A stretch of 64,000 nt of DNA from Blastocladiella emersonii ATCC 22665 (lineage: Eukaryota; Fungi; Blastocladiomycota), in the NCBI GenBank assembly GCA_025594325.1, contig JANHCV010000007.1:186001-250000 (forward strand), given 5' to 3'. A program made the position numbers and the translations under genes. The notes below the pieces were generated by a model. That model did no database searches. It was not told the origin of the DNA and saw nothing but the letters and a program-made list of their open reading frames with translations. This document shows positions 36,759 to 49,734 of the stretch, one piece after another. Numbering within the stretch: position 1 is the stretch's first letter; every line of letters starts with the position of its first letter.

Positions 36759-39700
36759 TCACCATTCACCACCATCACCGCTCCCACGACCCGACCCGCC
36801 GCCATCAGCGTCGAGCAACAGCCCGCCCGTCTCGAGCAACCTTGCAAGGGACGGAACCTCGCGCAGCGTGTCTGGCGGGACGAGGTGCAGGACGGCCGCG
36901 AGGGTCCGGGCTTCGCGCCGTAGCCTCCGGAGCCCGATCGCCCACAGCCCGAACACGGCCGTGCCCGACAGCAGGACCGACGCCACGAACGTGATGATGC
37001 ACAGCGCCTGCGCCTGCGCGATGCGCGCGTTGAGCAGGTCCTGGATCGCCGCGTCGAGCGTCGTGAGCCGCGCGGCCACGTCCTGCTGCAGGATCGTCGC
37101 GAGCTGGTACGTCTGGTATGCGGTGCCGCTGGTCACGGTGATGTTGGCCGTCGTGTTGACGGTGATGGCGCCCAGGAAGTAGTCGGTCGTCGCCGCGAGC
37201 CGCGAGATCTGCGCATTGAGCGGCGTGCTTGCCGACGCCGCGGGGAACCCGAACTGCGGCTTGTCGTCGTTGCCGCACACTCGCGCCACGGTGCAGTTGC
37301 GTGGGTGGACGGTCAGGCTCGGGAGCATCGCGTTGAGCCCGTTCTCGTCGCTGACCAGCGCCGTGTGCGTCTTGACCAGGTCCAGTAGCGCGCCACGGCT
37401 GCTGCGAACCACCGAGACTACATGGCAGGGTGAGTTAGTGTGAGAAACGCGCGAGCAAATGATCAATCTGGAGCGGTACCGTACCGAGAGATATGGTCTT
37501 GTCCTGCGAGTAGTACTCGCGCATGTACGTGCGCAGCACGCCCGAGAAGAACATTCGGTCGTTGGACTGCACCATGCGGACCATGTCGGCCTCAAGGTAA
37601 GTCGACCTACACGCGAGAAGCCAGGTCAGTGAGATCTGCAACCGAACCATCGAGCGAGCGAGCGTCAACTTACTGCATAGCCACGGCAAACATGGCAAAC
37701 ACGGTGCCGCCAATCGCAAGGGCGACGATGGCGTGTACCAGAGCGAGGAACCGCATGCGGTTCGCGCCCGACGTGAACCGCCCGTGCTGGTCGCTGAGCG
37801 TGTCGAGAGCCGCGCGATCCACGTCCGCCTCGTGCGCGTCGTCCGTCTCGGTCACCCCGCGGAACGACTCGAGCTCCTCCTCGATCTGCGTCACCATGGC
37901 CGACGCGATGCGCTTCGGGATCCCGCGGAGAAGCGACAGCGCGCGGCGCTCGTAGCTCAAGAAGGCGCGAAAGACCTACACGTGAAACAAGATGAGCTGC
38001 CCGTTAGCTTTCCGCCACAGCGCAAGCGAGACGATCTGTCGCACCGAGTGGTACACGTAAGCGACCGTGAGGACGAGGAAGACGAGGGTCCCGACGGCCG
38101 TGGCGACCATGAACGCAAAGTTGGACTTGACGAGGTCCAGGTACCGATCGAGACCCGACTGCGGGAGCGCGCGGAGGGCGTTGAAGATCGGGGTCAGATT
38201 TTCGACAATGAACCGGAGCTCAACGATGCTCATGAACCGCGCGACCGTCAGGCTGCTCGGCACCGTGTATGCGAGCGCGAGCGAGGCGGCCTGGACCACG
38301 GCGACGAGCGCGTCGAGCGGCGAGAGGTCCTCGGGGATGTAGTTGGTCGACGAGTTGTCAGCCTGCGCGTGGACGCGGTACGCGCGGAATCGGGGCACGA
38401 CCTGGTCGCTGGACGACGCCTGCGTGGAGAGCGCGGGCAGGACCGTGTTCATGACGAGCGTCGTCGTGTTTCGCAGCGTGTCGAGCGTGCGGTTGTACGA
38501 CCGCGCGGCCGAGTTGTTGGTACCGCTACCCGTCCCCGCACCCGTCCCGGACCCTGTGCCGTTGCCCCCGCCGCCGCCCCACCCGCCGCCTCCGCCGGGA
38601 ATGGCAATGGCCCCGGGCACGGCGACGAGACTGCGCATCGACTGGACGACGGACACGGCGCTGGTGCGGGCGATGCGGGCGTTCTCAAACTGGTTGTTGA
38701 TGAGGTCCGACGTCTGCGAGAAGAAGCTGACGCACGCAAAGAAGCCGATGGCGAGGCACGCGAGGTAAACGCCACCGAGGACCGTCAGCTGCCAGTTGCG
38801 CCGCGCGGGAGCCGAGATGCGCTTGACGAGCAGCGCGCGCATCTGGATCTTCTGGCGCTGGACCTTGCTCGTGGACGTTCCTACACGTAAAGCGCGGCTA
38901 CGAGTCAGCGTTCCGCGAGAAATCGGCTTTGGACGAGTACGGGGTAACGGCTATTACCCGAAGTATCAGAAGTAGCACGAGCGGCCATGGCCCCACCGCC
39001 GTACGACATGGCCGACGCTGGAGTCAGCGGCGACATGGTCGAGCGCTTGATCCCGTTGCTGAAGTTGACCTGGTTCTGCGTCTCGCCGGCACCCTGGTAC
39101 TTGCGCTCCGGCTGCTGCTGTTGTTGCGGATGCCACGGGGACTCGCTCTCGCGCTCCTCGCGGTTGAGCTCGCGGGACCGCGCGGGAGCGAGCGGACGCG
39201 AGGTAACCAGGTCGAGGCGATCGGGCGATTCCGAGGCCGACTCGGCGGGCTGCGAGTCGCCCTGGGTCTTGGCGGGCAGCGAGTTGTCCTGGGTCTTGGC
39301 GGGCAGCGAGTTGGTCGAGGCCAGCGCGTCGTTGGAGTCGATCATGGAACCGCTGTTGAGCGAGAGGGCCGAGCGCAGGCAGCCCTGGTCGAGTACGGGT
39401 AGCGTAGCGCCGTTCGAGCGACGCTGGGTCTCCATGAGCTCGACTACACGGCGTAGATGGTGAGTGGGCAACAGTCCCGCCCGACCAAGGTCAGCCGAAC
39501 GCACCTTCCTCGGCGAGCTCGAGAACCTGCGCGGCCTTGTTCGGGTCGGCCTCGACGCACTGCAGGAACTGCGCGTAGGCGCGGAGCACGTTTTTGTTGC
39601 GTGGGCTGCGGTCGAGGATCTTTCGGTAGCACTTGGCAGCGCCGCTCTGGTGGATGGCGAGCTGCTCAATGGCGTCGCACAGCTGCGCGACGGGCGCGGA

Positions 39701-41768
39701 GGTGCGGACCGCCTCCCACATGGTGCGCACGCTCGACAGCGCCTGCAGGTGGTGCGCGCGCGCTTCTCGCTCGAGGCTCTCGAGGAGGGTCTGGTCGAGA
39801 ACGTGAGCGCCACGGTCCCGCGCGACGCGCTCCCGCACGTACACCAGGAAGCGGACGTCGATCGGGATCCCGCCAGAGCGCGCCGTGGTGTGCAGGTCGA
39901 ACATGAGTTCGGCGGCCGAGTGCTCGCCGATCTCGCCATAGTACGAGCTGAGGTACATTGCCGCGAGCAGAACCAGCAGCGGGTCGTCCGGGAACTCCAT
40001 CAGGCCGCGCTCCAGCAATGAGAGCCCGGCAGCGATCTGAGAAGGCGTCGGCTCGTCGCGGATAAGTCGTAAACCTACATGATCGTGGCGAGTGGTGAGG
40101 TTAGTCCAAGACATATCCACAGCCACACGGTAGGAGTTTTCGTACACAGCTCGACCTGCAGTGGCGAATCAAACACCTGGGTGCGGCGCTTGGGCGGCTG
40201 CTCCTTGATGACGTTGAGGGCGTCGAGCGAGGTGCCGGCAATGACGGTGCCGATGGCGCGATTCTCGCTGTCGTTGAGCCGCATGTTGCTGACGACAGAC
40301 GCGTGCTGTCTCCGCGGCGCAGCTGGTGGGAAGCCGTCGATGGGCTCGATGGTCGCGGTCGTGTTGGCCATGGACGCGATCGGGGTGAGCCTCGCGGCGC
40401 GCTGCAGGGTCGCGCGGAGGGACTGCTGCCGGCGGCGAGCGCCCGCGCCGCCATCGTCTAGGCCGAAGAACATGTTGGGCTCGTCCGAGGGGCTGTGGAT
40501 CATGGACACGAACGGCATGGACGGCGGTGCGTCGTCGGTACTCGCCATGCGGGCGCCGTCACTGCTCGCCATGCGGGTGCCGATCGACAGGCGGCGGCCG
40601 GCGCTCCCGCGGCCGAGCGTCAGCGCGCGGACCTCGAGCACATCCGCGTCGGTCCACGTGTCGGCCTCGGCGCGCTGGACCTGGTGCCAGTGGTGGATGG
40701 TGCGCGCGAGGTAGCGGCGCGCGGACCACCGCGACAGCCACGCGCCCGCTGCGAGTCCGATGGCCGTGCTCGGAATCAGGGCGACCCACCCGATGCTCGG
40801 TGCGTGCAGGCCGTACAGGACCATGGACGTGACCATGGAGAGACACGCCGCGGTGGCCATGGCGCTGCGGAGCATGTTCATGCGCTCGTCGTAGTACGGC
40901 TGGGTCTGGACGAGCTGCAGGGCAATGGCGCCGGTCCCGAGCGCCGTCACGGCCATGAAGACCCACTTGCCGGTGCCCGCGGGTCCGAGGTCGTGCATGA
41001 AGACGTCGAGGAACACCAACAACATCCGCAGCGCGGCGATGCGCACGTCGACGCGCCCGTGGGCTTTGGCGTGTGGGCTGTGCGAAGTTGGCGATACGTC
41101 GATGAGGATGAGCGCCGATACGAGCATGAGCGGGAAGAAGGTGATGAGCCCGATGGCATCGAGGACCAAGAGCGGGAGATGCGGACCGGTGCACGCCATG
41201 CCAAACTCGGGAAGCATCCCTTTGGAGCAGTGAACGCCGAGAACAAAGACGGTCGCGACGGGTACGCTGAGGGCCGTCATGAGTAGCGTGAAGAGAATGC
41301 GCAAGAATCGCAAGGACCAGATCGGGACGCGGAGCTGGTGGTGCGTCAGCGTGCTCACTGCAGCGACGAGAATGACGGCGATGAAGACGAGAACGACGCC
41401 TATACACGAGTGGGAGCAAGGGGAGGGGTCAGCGGTCCAGCTGCCGTAGCACAATAGCGGTGGTGATGTGAGTACCGAACGTGTTGGCCGCCGAGAAGCT
41501 CGCGTAGTCCTGGAGCATTCGCGTGGGCTCGAGGATGGCTCCGATCAGCCATGGGAGCCCTTTGTGCAAGTGCGGGTTGTATACGAACGACAGGAGCTGC
41601 AAGTCCTCGATAACCTAGAGCCGGGGAGCGTCAGTGGCCGCGGTTCGGCACCCTCGGTACGGCCCAACGCACCGTGAGCGCCCAAGTCAGGCCGGGCGAC
41701 AGCTCGTTGTCTCGTGTGGCAATGTAGGCGACCGAGAAGACGCTCTTCTCAAAGGCGCTGACCGGCAT
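36759..41768 (-). CDS. Tiny macrocysts (TmcB/TmcC)-like multi-pass membrane protein
   Basis: Multi-exon (first intron 41672-41615). N-terminal VIEDLQLLSF plus several TM helices, TPR-like GLMEFPDDPLLVL..IDVRFLVY..YRKILDRSPRNKNVLRAYAQFL, and a C-terminal TM plus EARTLAAVLHLVP. Internal exon borders were only partly resolved. Confidence 0.75.
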
Positions 41769-42128
41769 GGCGGCTCGGGCCGACTGCTGCCCGCGCGGCA
41801 GGGGCGACAGGATCGGCCGCGCGCGGTTCATGGTGGGCACGGTGCGAGGTTCGAGTTTCACCAAGTCTGGTTACATGAGCTTTCTCCATTGAGCGGCGAT
41901 CGCCTGCGGCATCGGGGGCGCGGGGAAAGCGGCCGCGAAGCGTCGGCGCGCCGATGCGGGCGGCACGTGATACCTGAAACGCGACGCGTTTCGGCTCGCG
42001 TTATTTTGCGGCGGCTGCTTGTGGCGGCCAAAACCTCCAACCTTGCAGGCCGAAGAGTAGAGGCATATGGAACTGAACCACAATCTATTAAATCGATTCT
42101 ACTACTTTTCAGTCGATTCATATACTCT

Positions 42129-43230
42129 TCAGCTGATATCAATGGCAGACGACGACATTTGCAGGGTCAGCCCGCCCGGCTCGAGGAACCGGCTGAGCTC
42201 GCCGAGCTCCTTGAGCATGGGCTGCGGGATGAGGTAGAGCAGGGTCGTAAGGGAACGGGCCTCGCGCTGGAGCTTGCGGATCACCAGCGCAATGTACGCG
42301 GCGAGGCACGAGCACGTCGCGATGACGAACGCTGCGAACGTGAGGATGCAGAACGACTGGCTCTGCGCGACGCGCTGGTTGAGGACCGCCTGGATCGAGC
42401 TGTCGATGAGGCCGAGCCGAAGCACAATGTCGTCGGTCAGCGCCATGAGCAGGCTCCACTGCTTGTACGCCTGGCTCGACAGGTCGCTCGTGTTGGTCGA
42501 GGTCGTGGCCATGAGGTCGATGACCTGCGACGCGACGTCGAGCATGCGGTCGATTTCGCTGTTGAGCGGGAGACTCGCAACGGACCGCGTGAAGTCGATC
42601 TCGGGCCGGTCGACGACGCCGTCGCAGTTGCCGGGAATGGAGCAGTCGCGCGGCAGGATAGACAGCTCGGGCAGCAGCTGGTTGATCAAGCTCGAGTCGC
42701 TTGTGCAGGTTCGAGATGTCGAGGATGGCACCGAGGCTGCTGCGCACCGTTGAAACTACAATAGTCGGCGATTAGTCGTCAGAACTAATGAGGAACGAGC
42801 GTTTGGGCGCGTCACGTTCGGGTCGAAATGGTCGTGTCGGGCGAGATGAACTCGCGCGTGTACAGGCGCAGCGTCAACGTAGTAGCGGCGGTCTGGAGGC
42901 AAGATGATCAGAATGGGCGTGGTGGATCCAAGCAAAGGGATAGATGCGTACCGTTAGACGCCACCATGAGCTCCATGTTTTCCTGCAGCTGAACTGACCG
43001 CAGCGTCATGGTGAACATTGAGATGGCGATGCCCGCGAGCAAAATGAGCCAGCCAGCCCACGAGCGCGATGCGGTACTTGAACTCGCGCCCGCGGCCGAA
43101 CCGATCGCCCGAGTTCTCGCCCGAGCCCGCGACGGCAGAGGTGGACTTGAGATCCTTGTCAAGCGCCTCCGAGTCCTCGTTTCGCCGGCGTTTCCATTTC
43201 CGCTGCCACGCCGCCGGTGGAACCGGCTGC
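42129..43230 (-). pseudogene. 5'-truncated, frameshifted second Tmc-like gene (C-terminal part only)
   Basis: SN|DRRYY..LRLYTREFISPDTTIS and REARSLTTLLYLIP..FLEPGG align with the C-terminus of 36759-41768. Frameshifts near 43050 and 42870, and no N-terminal exons were found. Confidence 0.65.
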
Positions 43231-43880
43231 TCGTTGCATGGTGTCGTCGTGGGCTCAGTTGTTGGATCCGATCAGTATAATGGGTAGGTAGGAGCGTAAT
43301 AAATTGCTGCGATCAGCTTTGGAGGTGGACAAGAAGCCGGACTGCCAGCGGAGAGAGAGCCGCTCAAGGCGGCGGGGCGACCATCCCGCTCCTTTTGGTG
43401 AGAGCCGGACCGGTGGGCGGAAAACTCGATCGCTAGACCAGATGTATCAGAGCAGGCATCGCCGAGGCGGCGATCAGTGTTGCGACTACCTGCGCGGCAA
43501 TGCCTCCCAGTGTGGGTCGCGGGCGTTGGCAAGTATCGCGCGCACAGTGACAGTGGCCGATCGACGGTCCCGATGCAGCGCGCCAGTGGCATTTGCAGGC
43601 GGTCAACAGCCAGCGTGCTCGCCAGAGCTGCCTGGGCAAGCTGCCTATGGTCAACGTGTGGGACGCGTCCCTACGCGTCGGGCTCGCGCGAGACGGAGGC
43701 ACGTGGGCGGCGTATTGGTGGCGCCGATCTGGCTTCTCTCCTGACCTCGCCGCATCGGCATCGCTGCAGGTATTCCTTCCAGAACAGGTGAGCGAAGAAG
43801 TCGAGCGAGAGAGTGTATAGCAGACCATTCCGACCGCTCCGACGGTCGTCTTACAGGGCACGTCACTGATGAGTAGCATC

Positions 43881-44060
43881 AGGGGAAGTTAGAGAGCCGT
43901 TGGATCAGGATACTGTGCGTGGCGAGCCCATCATGGGCCCGGCGCGCGGCGGGGATAGCAACGTACAGCAGCGACGGTAGAAAACGGCTGCGATGTTACT
44001 CACTTCTCGCATAACAAGATTCAATCGAGAGTCTCGCTGCGTGGAGGCGTCTCTTGCGCG
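43881..44060. repeat. Diverged inner flank of the inverted repeat (homologous to 18761-18940)
   Basis: About 71% identical, gapless, by manual count. Confidence 0.85.
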
Positions 44061-44088
44061 CATAAACTAGCAACTTGAGGGAGAGCGC

Positions 44089-47000
44089 AGGGTCAACGAC
44101 GGGTCGGAGAGCGGCAAGTCAGACAGCCCTGCGATCCGCCCGGTGAGCAGAGTTACACCGAGTGTTGGACGGGCAGAAGGGCAACACAAGGCCGGCGCTC
44201 ACGTCGGGAACGGTCGAAGGGGCAAGCGGAACGACGCGGCACTCATGTGCACGTGGCGGGGTCGGATGACGTCATCTCGCGTCGGCGAAGGCGCGTAGCA
44301 CCGCCGTCCGCGTCGACCGACGAGAAGGCGACGACGGCGTAGTCTCGGGGCGATCAGCACACTCTCTTCACTTTCCGCAATGCATCGACACCCACAAGAC
44401 CGCCTCGAGCTCGCGCGATCGGCGTCGGACGCGCCGTCGCGACGTGGCCGAGGCCGGGCGGGCGGGCGCGTTCGCTGCCATCCGCGCGTCTGCTGCATGG
44501 TGTGCGAGTACTTTTGCGGGAGCGATTGCCGAAGTGAAGGAGAGGAGGGAGGGGGGCGAGCCCGATCAAGTCGGCGGCGAGGCGGCGGCCCGAAACGCGT
44601 GTGGGAGCGGCGGTGCTCTCCGTCATCATCAGCCGCTCATCACTCATCACTCGGCTCATCAGCATCGGTCTCGCTCGCCTCTCCCTCGCGCCCGACTGCA
44701 TCCGCTCCTGACCGAGTCCACGACCGACCACGTCTACCGCGCCGCGGCCCGCCACCGTGCTCGCCGGCGCCCGCCCATCGCCTTGCATCGAGTTCCTGCC
44801 CTCGTTCCTCCTCGAGATCCATCACCATCTGCGGCTGCCGCGAGCGCGCGCGCGCACGCCGCTGACGCGCGCCAAAGTGGTCGCTGCTCGCGGCCGCGGT
44901 GGCGTGACAGCAGCCGACCACGGCCGGTCTCCCACCGCCCTCCCCTCCACCTGCAGCGACTCGCACCGCTGCTCTCCTTCATCATCACCTTGATACACCC
45001 TCGGCCTCGGCCTCGCCCGCACGCGCCGCGCCGTGCCCCGCTGCTCGACCGACTCGCACCGCCCAACGCGTCCACCGCGCGCACCCGCCGCCCGCCTCGC
45101 TCACGATGCGGTCGCCCTCGCCCACCTGATCTCGCCGTGTCTCCGCCCGGGTGTCTCGCACCCGCCGCGACGCGTCGGGCACGTGTCGCTGCGGCCCGCT
45201 GCACGTCTCGCGTGTCTCCACCTCGGCCGCCGCGACGCATCGACGCGTCGCGAGACACGGGTCCACGGCGACGCGTCTCCAAAACAACAACGACGACGAC
45301 GACGGATGCGGCAGCCGCGCTCGAGCATCGCGACGCGTCGGTGCCCGCGTCCGGCGGGTGCTCGCGCTACCGGCCTGCTGCCCCGCCCGCCCGCGCCTAC
45401 AAGACCGCGCCGCGTCCCCGCCCTCCCCCTCCCTCTCGTTCCTCATGTCCTAACCGACAGTCTCGAGAAGAAGAAGAAGAAGAAGAAGATCCCCAAGAAG
45501 TAGTACCTGGTCCACCCCGATCCGGTCCACCGCCGCCGCAACCATGCAGCCCCTCGTCCTCGCCCATCTTCGGGGCGATGGTGTTCGCGCTGCTCGCCTT
45601 CCAGGCCATGTTCAGCGTGTCCACCGTCGCCGCCGTCGCCCCGCTCCTCGCCGTCGGCAACGCCACCCTCGCTGTCGCCGCCGCGGCCGCCAACGTGTCG
45701 GTCGCCGTGTCCGTCTCCCTGCCCGCCCTCTGCCTCCTCGTTCCCGCCCCGCTCGGCGCCGTCCCGGCGTGCATCCCCGCCCCGCCCAAGCCCATCGCGC
45801 CGGCGCCGGCCGTGTACAACTCGACCGACCTGGCCGTCATCGTCCCCGCTCCCGCCATGCGCCACACCAAGCCCGCCGCCGCCGCCGTCGTCGTCGACCC
45901 GTTCATCGACCGCTACGCGCCCTTTTTCGGTACGCCCCCTCGACGCGTCTCCCACCCCCACGAGCCGCGCCACCCCACTCACCGTGACCCGTCCCGACGC
46001 GCATGTAGTCATCGGCCCAATCCGCCCCCGCAAGCCCGAAAAGTCGCCGCGCGCCATGCTCGGCGTGTCCGAGGCCACGCTCCTGTGGTACCAGTACCGC
46101 GCGCGGTTCCCGCTCGGCCACAACTACGAGCTCACGTCGCCCAGCCAGCTCGAGTGGGCGACCATCAAGTGCAAGAGCGACTGGACGTGCTTCCGCCAGT
46201 CCGACACGACCCGGCCCGCGTACACGATCATCGACCTGCTGCGCCGCCGCCTCCCGCGGCCGACTCCGGCCCCGACGGCCACCACGGCCGACCTCGAGGC
46301 CACGTTTCCCGCGCCCGTCGCCCAGCCCATCACGACGCGCATCGCCGTCGACGGCGTGCCCGACCCCGTCCCGACCTCGCTCGTCGCCGCCACTATCCCC
46401 GAGCCCGCCGCCGTCGTCCTCAACGCCATCCCGATCGTCCTCGACGCCGGCTCGGGCGTGTGCCGCGCCCTGACCCCCGTCGAGCGCAAGGCGTACGCGC
46501 TGCTGTACGCGGCCGCCGACCCGGTCCGCCAGCACGTCCTCGGCAATACGTTCCGCCAGGTCAAGCTCAACATCAGCTTCCCGCGCCACGTCGCCTTCGC
46601 GTTCACGGGCGTCGTCACGCTCCTCCTGGCCACGTCGATTGTCTTCCGCTACTACCGCGTGTTCACCACCGCGTCGCGCCACGTGTATGCCGTCGAGGAG
46701 TCCATCGAGATCGAGATCGAGATCGAGGCCAAGGCCAAGGTCAAGAAGTCGGGTCGGACGGAAACGACGAGTCTGGGTCTCTTTTTGCGCTACATGCTCA
46801 CCATGTACGTTTTCTCCTCGCTGCCTGGCTCGCTCTCGGAACTCGATCACTGACCCCTCACCACGTTGTAGCGTCGCCGCTATCTGGGACCAGTACGGCC
46901 GGGCTCCGGCGGGGATGCTCGGCGGCGCGGCCACGTTCATGGCGCGCCGGGTCTCAGCGACGATTGTGTGCATGCTCAACAAGGCGCTCAACGTGCACAT

Positions 47001-49734
47001 GGAAAAGGGTAGCTTCACCCGCGCGACCAAAACCCAGGGGCATGCCCTCACCTCACTCGATCCTCGCACCACGATGACCTCGACTGACCTTCTCACTCCC
47101 CTCTGTAGTCTGCGCGGGCTACTCCAAGGCTCTGGCCACATGTACACGATCAAGGCTGGCACCGATAACGCGACCATCATCTACGGGTACGCTTCTATCC
47201 TTGCGTGAGGTCCGCGACTGGGGCACGACTGACATTTCATCTCGCTACCCCATAGTTCGCACCAGCTGCTCGTCCAAGTCGACGAGGAGAACGCGCACCA
47301 GCAGGGCTTCGGCCGTTCGCGGCGGGCCCGACGCGTGGTCCTCGAGTGGGCGGCCCGGATAGCGGGGTCGCTCGTCAAGTTCGTGGCGGCCGTCGTGCTC
47401 GGGCCCATGGCCGAGTGCGCGGCCGCCGCGGTCCGGGTGCTGGTCGCGGGCAACTCGCTTGCGGTCCAGATCATCACGCACCCGGTCCAGTCCATCATGT
47501 ACGCGGTCAAGCTGATCCAGGTCATCATTGAGGCCGCGCGCTTCTTTGCGCCGGCGATCGCCAAGTTCATCGCGTACCGCATGGCGGTCAAGACGTCGCC
47601 GTCGACGTTCTCGGAGCAGCGCGGCAAGGCCCACTCGGCCTCCGCCGGCGCCGCGGCCACCGACATCAAGACCATGGTCGTGTACTCGGGTCCCACTACT
47701 CGCAGCGGCAGCAACAGCAGTAGCAGCTCGTCGCCGTCGGCCGACGAGCAGCAGGTGGTCGGCAAGAAGGCACCGGCGCCTTCTCGCCGCGACAGCGCCA
47801 TGGAGCTCGAGCAGTACCACCAGCTCGCCGACGCGCCGCGCGAGTACCCGAGCGACACCACGACCACGACCACGACCACGATGGTCGTTCGCGCAGCACC
47901 TCTCGGCACCACGATGACGACGGGTCCCACCATCCCCGCCCCCGACGTCGTCGTCCCCGCCAAGCAGAAGGTCCTCCCCGTCCTGCTCGTCGTCACGATG
48001 CTGTTCACGCAGCAGCTGTACGAGGACGAGGAGGTCGAGCCCACCGAGGTCGTTGGCACGCAGCTGGCACTGGAACCCACCACCACCACCATCCCCGCCC
48101 CAGTCGCCGCCGCCGCTGTCCACGACCTCGCCGCCCAGGAGCTCGAGCTGCCGTCGCGCGCGGCCTGCACCGAGACGGCTCCCGCCGCCGTCTCGACTGC
48201 CACCGCCGCCGCCGCGACGTCGACCATCAACGTCATTGCCGACACGACCATGGCCGCGACCCAGGACCCGACCAAGATCGACGACTACCACTACCAGCAG
48301 CTGCAGTACCAGGAGGTCTCGTTCGAGGAGGAGCAGACCCAGCAGCTCGTCGTCGCCAAGAGCGACTCGACCCACGGCACCGAGAGGGAGGAGAAGGGGC
48401 AGGAGGCGCCCACGGTGCAGGTCAAGTCGATGGCCGTCGCGGTCGCCGCCATGGTCGCCGCCGCCGAGGTCAAGGAGCACGAGGAGATCCGGACCCAGGT
48501 CATCATCACGCTCATGCACAAGCTGCAGCGACTCAAGTTCCACGTCGCCGCCCTCAAGGCGCAGCAGAAGCAGCAGCAGCAGTTCCACGCCGTCGCCGCC
48601 ATTGAGGCGACGCATCGTCAGCAGCAGCAGAAGCAGGCCGTCCAGTACCACTCCGCGCCGCACGGGTTCGTGTACACGGACGCGCAGGTCGACGGCGCCG
48701 TGGACCAGTGGGAGGCCGAGGCCGAGGCCGACGACCATGACGACGACGTGTCGGAGGCCGGCAGCACGGGCTCGGTCGAGACGGTCATCTCGCCACCGCA
48801 GAACATCCGGCTCGGGCGCTACGTGCCCGCGCACCAGCAGGACCTGGCCGCGTACGCCCGGACCAAGCACGACCAGGGCATGCAGTGCGACGACACGGTC
48901 AAGGGCGCCGTCATGGTCATCTTCAACTACTGCGTCGACACCACCATCGACTACCTGTGGTACGAGATCTGCGGCGGCCAGTAGGCGGCGCCGGTGCCGC
49001 CACACCCGACCCGACCCGATCCACCTCGTACCCGGCCCGACCAGCCCTCGACTCGACCATGACCTGCGCCTGCACCTGCACCCTCCACCACGACCGACAG
49101 CAACCGGCCCCTGTACGGACCAGCAACGGACCTCTGACGTGTTCGCGCACCCACCCTTCGCTACTCTACCCACCCCTCCCCTCGCTCCACCAACCTGTTC
49201 CTCCACTCCTACCCTTGTCGCTTCCGCACTCCTGTCGCCGGTGCTCTCGCGCCGCGCTCGCTCCGATTGCTTGCTAGATTGACCTGTCGGCTGCCTTTTG
49301 CGGTGCCATCTTCTTCGTACCCGGGGATTCACGTGCGCGTGCGTGTTTCCTGCAACGGGAGGAGAAGCGGTCATGGTGAGTATGACGGGCGGGTGTGGAT
49401 CGTGTGTATTCGGGGGCAGGCACGTCACGTCCACAGCTGGTCTCGCACGGCAACGCTCGGGCACTCGTCCACTCTCGCGCGTGCGGTCGGTCGGTCGGTC
49501 CGTCGCCCAGCTCACGGAACCGCGCTCCTCCTCCTCGTCGTCGTCGTCATCACCATCCTCCTCGGGTCGCCCCACGGTGTCGCGGCGGGCGGCACCGGCG
49601 ACCCTGGTGGCTGACGGCGGCGAGAGCGCGGTCCACGGCGACCGGTCCATGGTCGGTGCGGTGTCGAGCGCGTGTGTGTCCCTCTCCCTCCCTTTGTTTT
49701 GCTCGTCGTAGAATAGATGGCCGCGGTTCTTGTG
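44089..49734. repeat. Right arm of the 5646-bp inverted repeat (partner 13087-18732)
   Basis: Mirror ORFs are identical. Beyond 49734 homology continues but is diverged (gagaagatcaac(g/a)acctcagaggacacga). Confidence 0.95.
45578..48984 (+). CDS. Unknown protein with a hydrophobic N-terminus, a TM-like segment and a Thr/Ala/Gln-rich C-terminal half (right IR copy)
   Basis: ATG at 45578 (MVFALLAFQAMFSVS). Introns 45930-46008, 46805-46871 and 47187-47255 link three ORF frames. TM-like HVAFAFTGVVTLLLATSIVF. A further intron near 47040-47108 is possible. Confidence 0.65.

Noticed and set aside
37670-37680. Apparent premature TAA in the Tmc-like gene
   Set aside because: It is part of a GTAAGT intron donor (ca|gtaagt...gtgtag|g), and splicing restores the frame.
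43270-43880. Short ORFs between the Tmc relic and the right arm
   Set aside because: No coding bias, splice signals or homology were recognised.
18733-44088. Classical mating-type locus within the invertible segment
   Set aside because: No HMG-box, alpha-box, homeodomain, pheromone or receptor gene was recognised. Only the architecture resembles flip-flop MAT switching.
13087-49734. Composite or giant transposon (IR as terminal repeats)
   Set aside because: No transposase, integrase or tyrosine recombinase was seen, and no target-site duplication. The arms contain a spliced cellular gene, fade into diverged homology, and enclose housekeeping genes.
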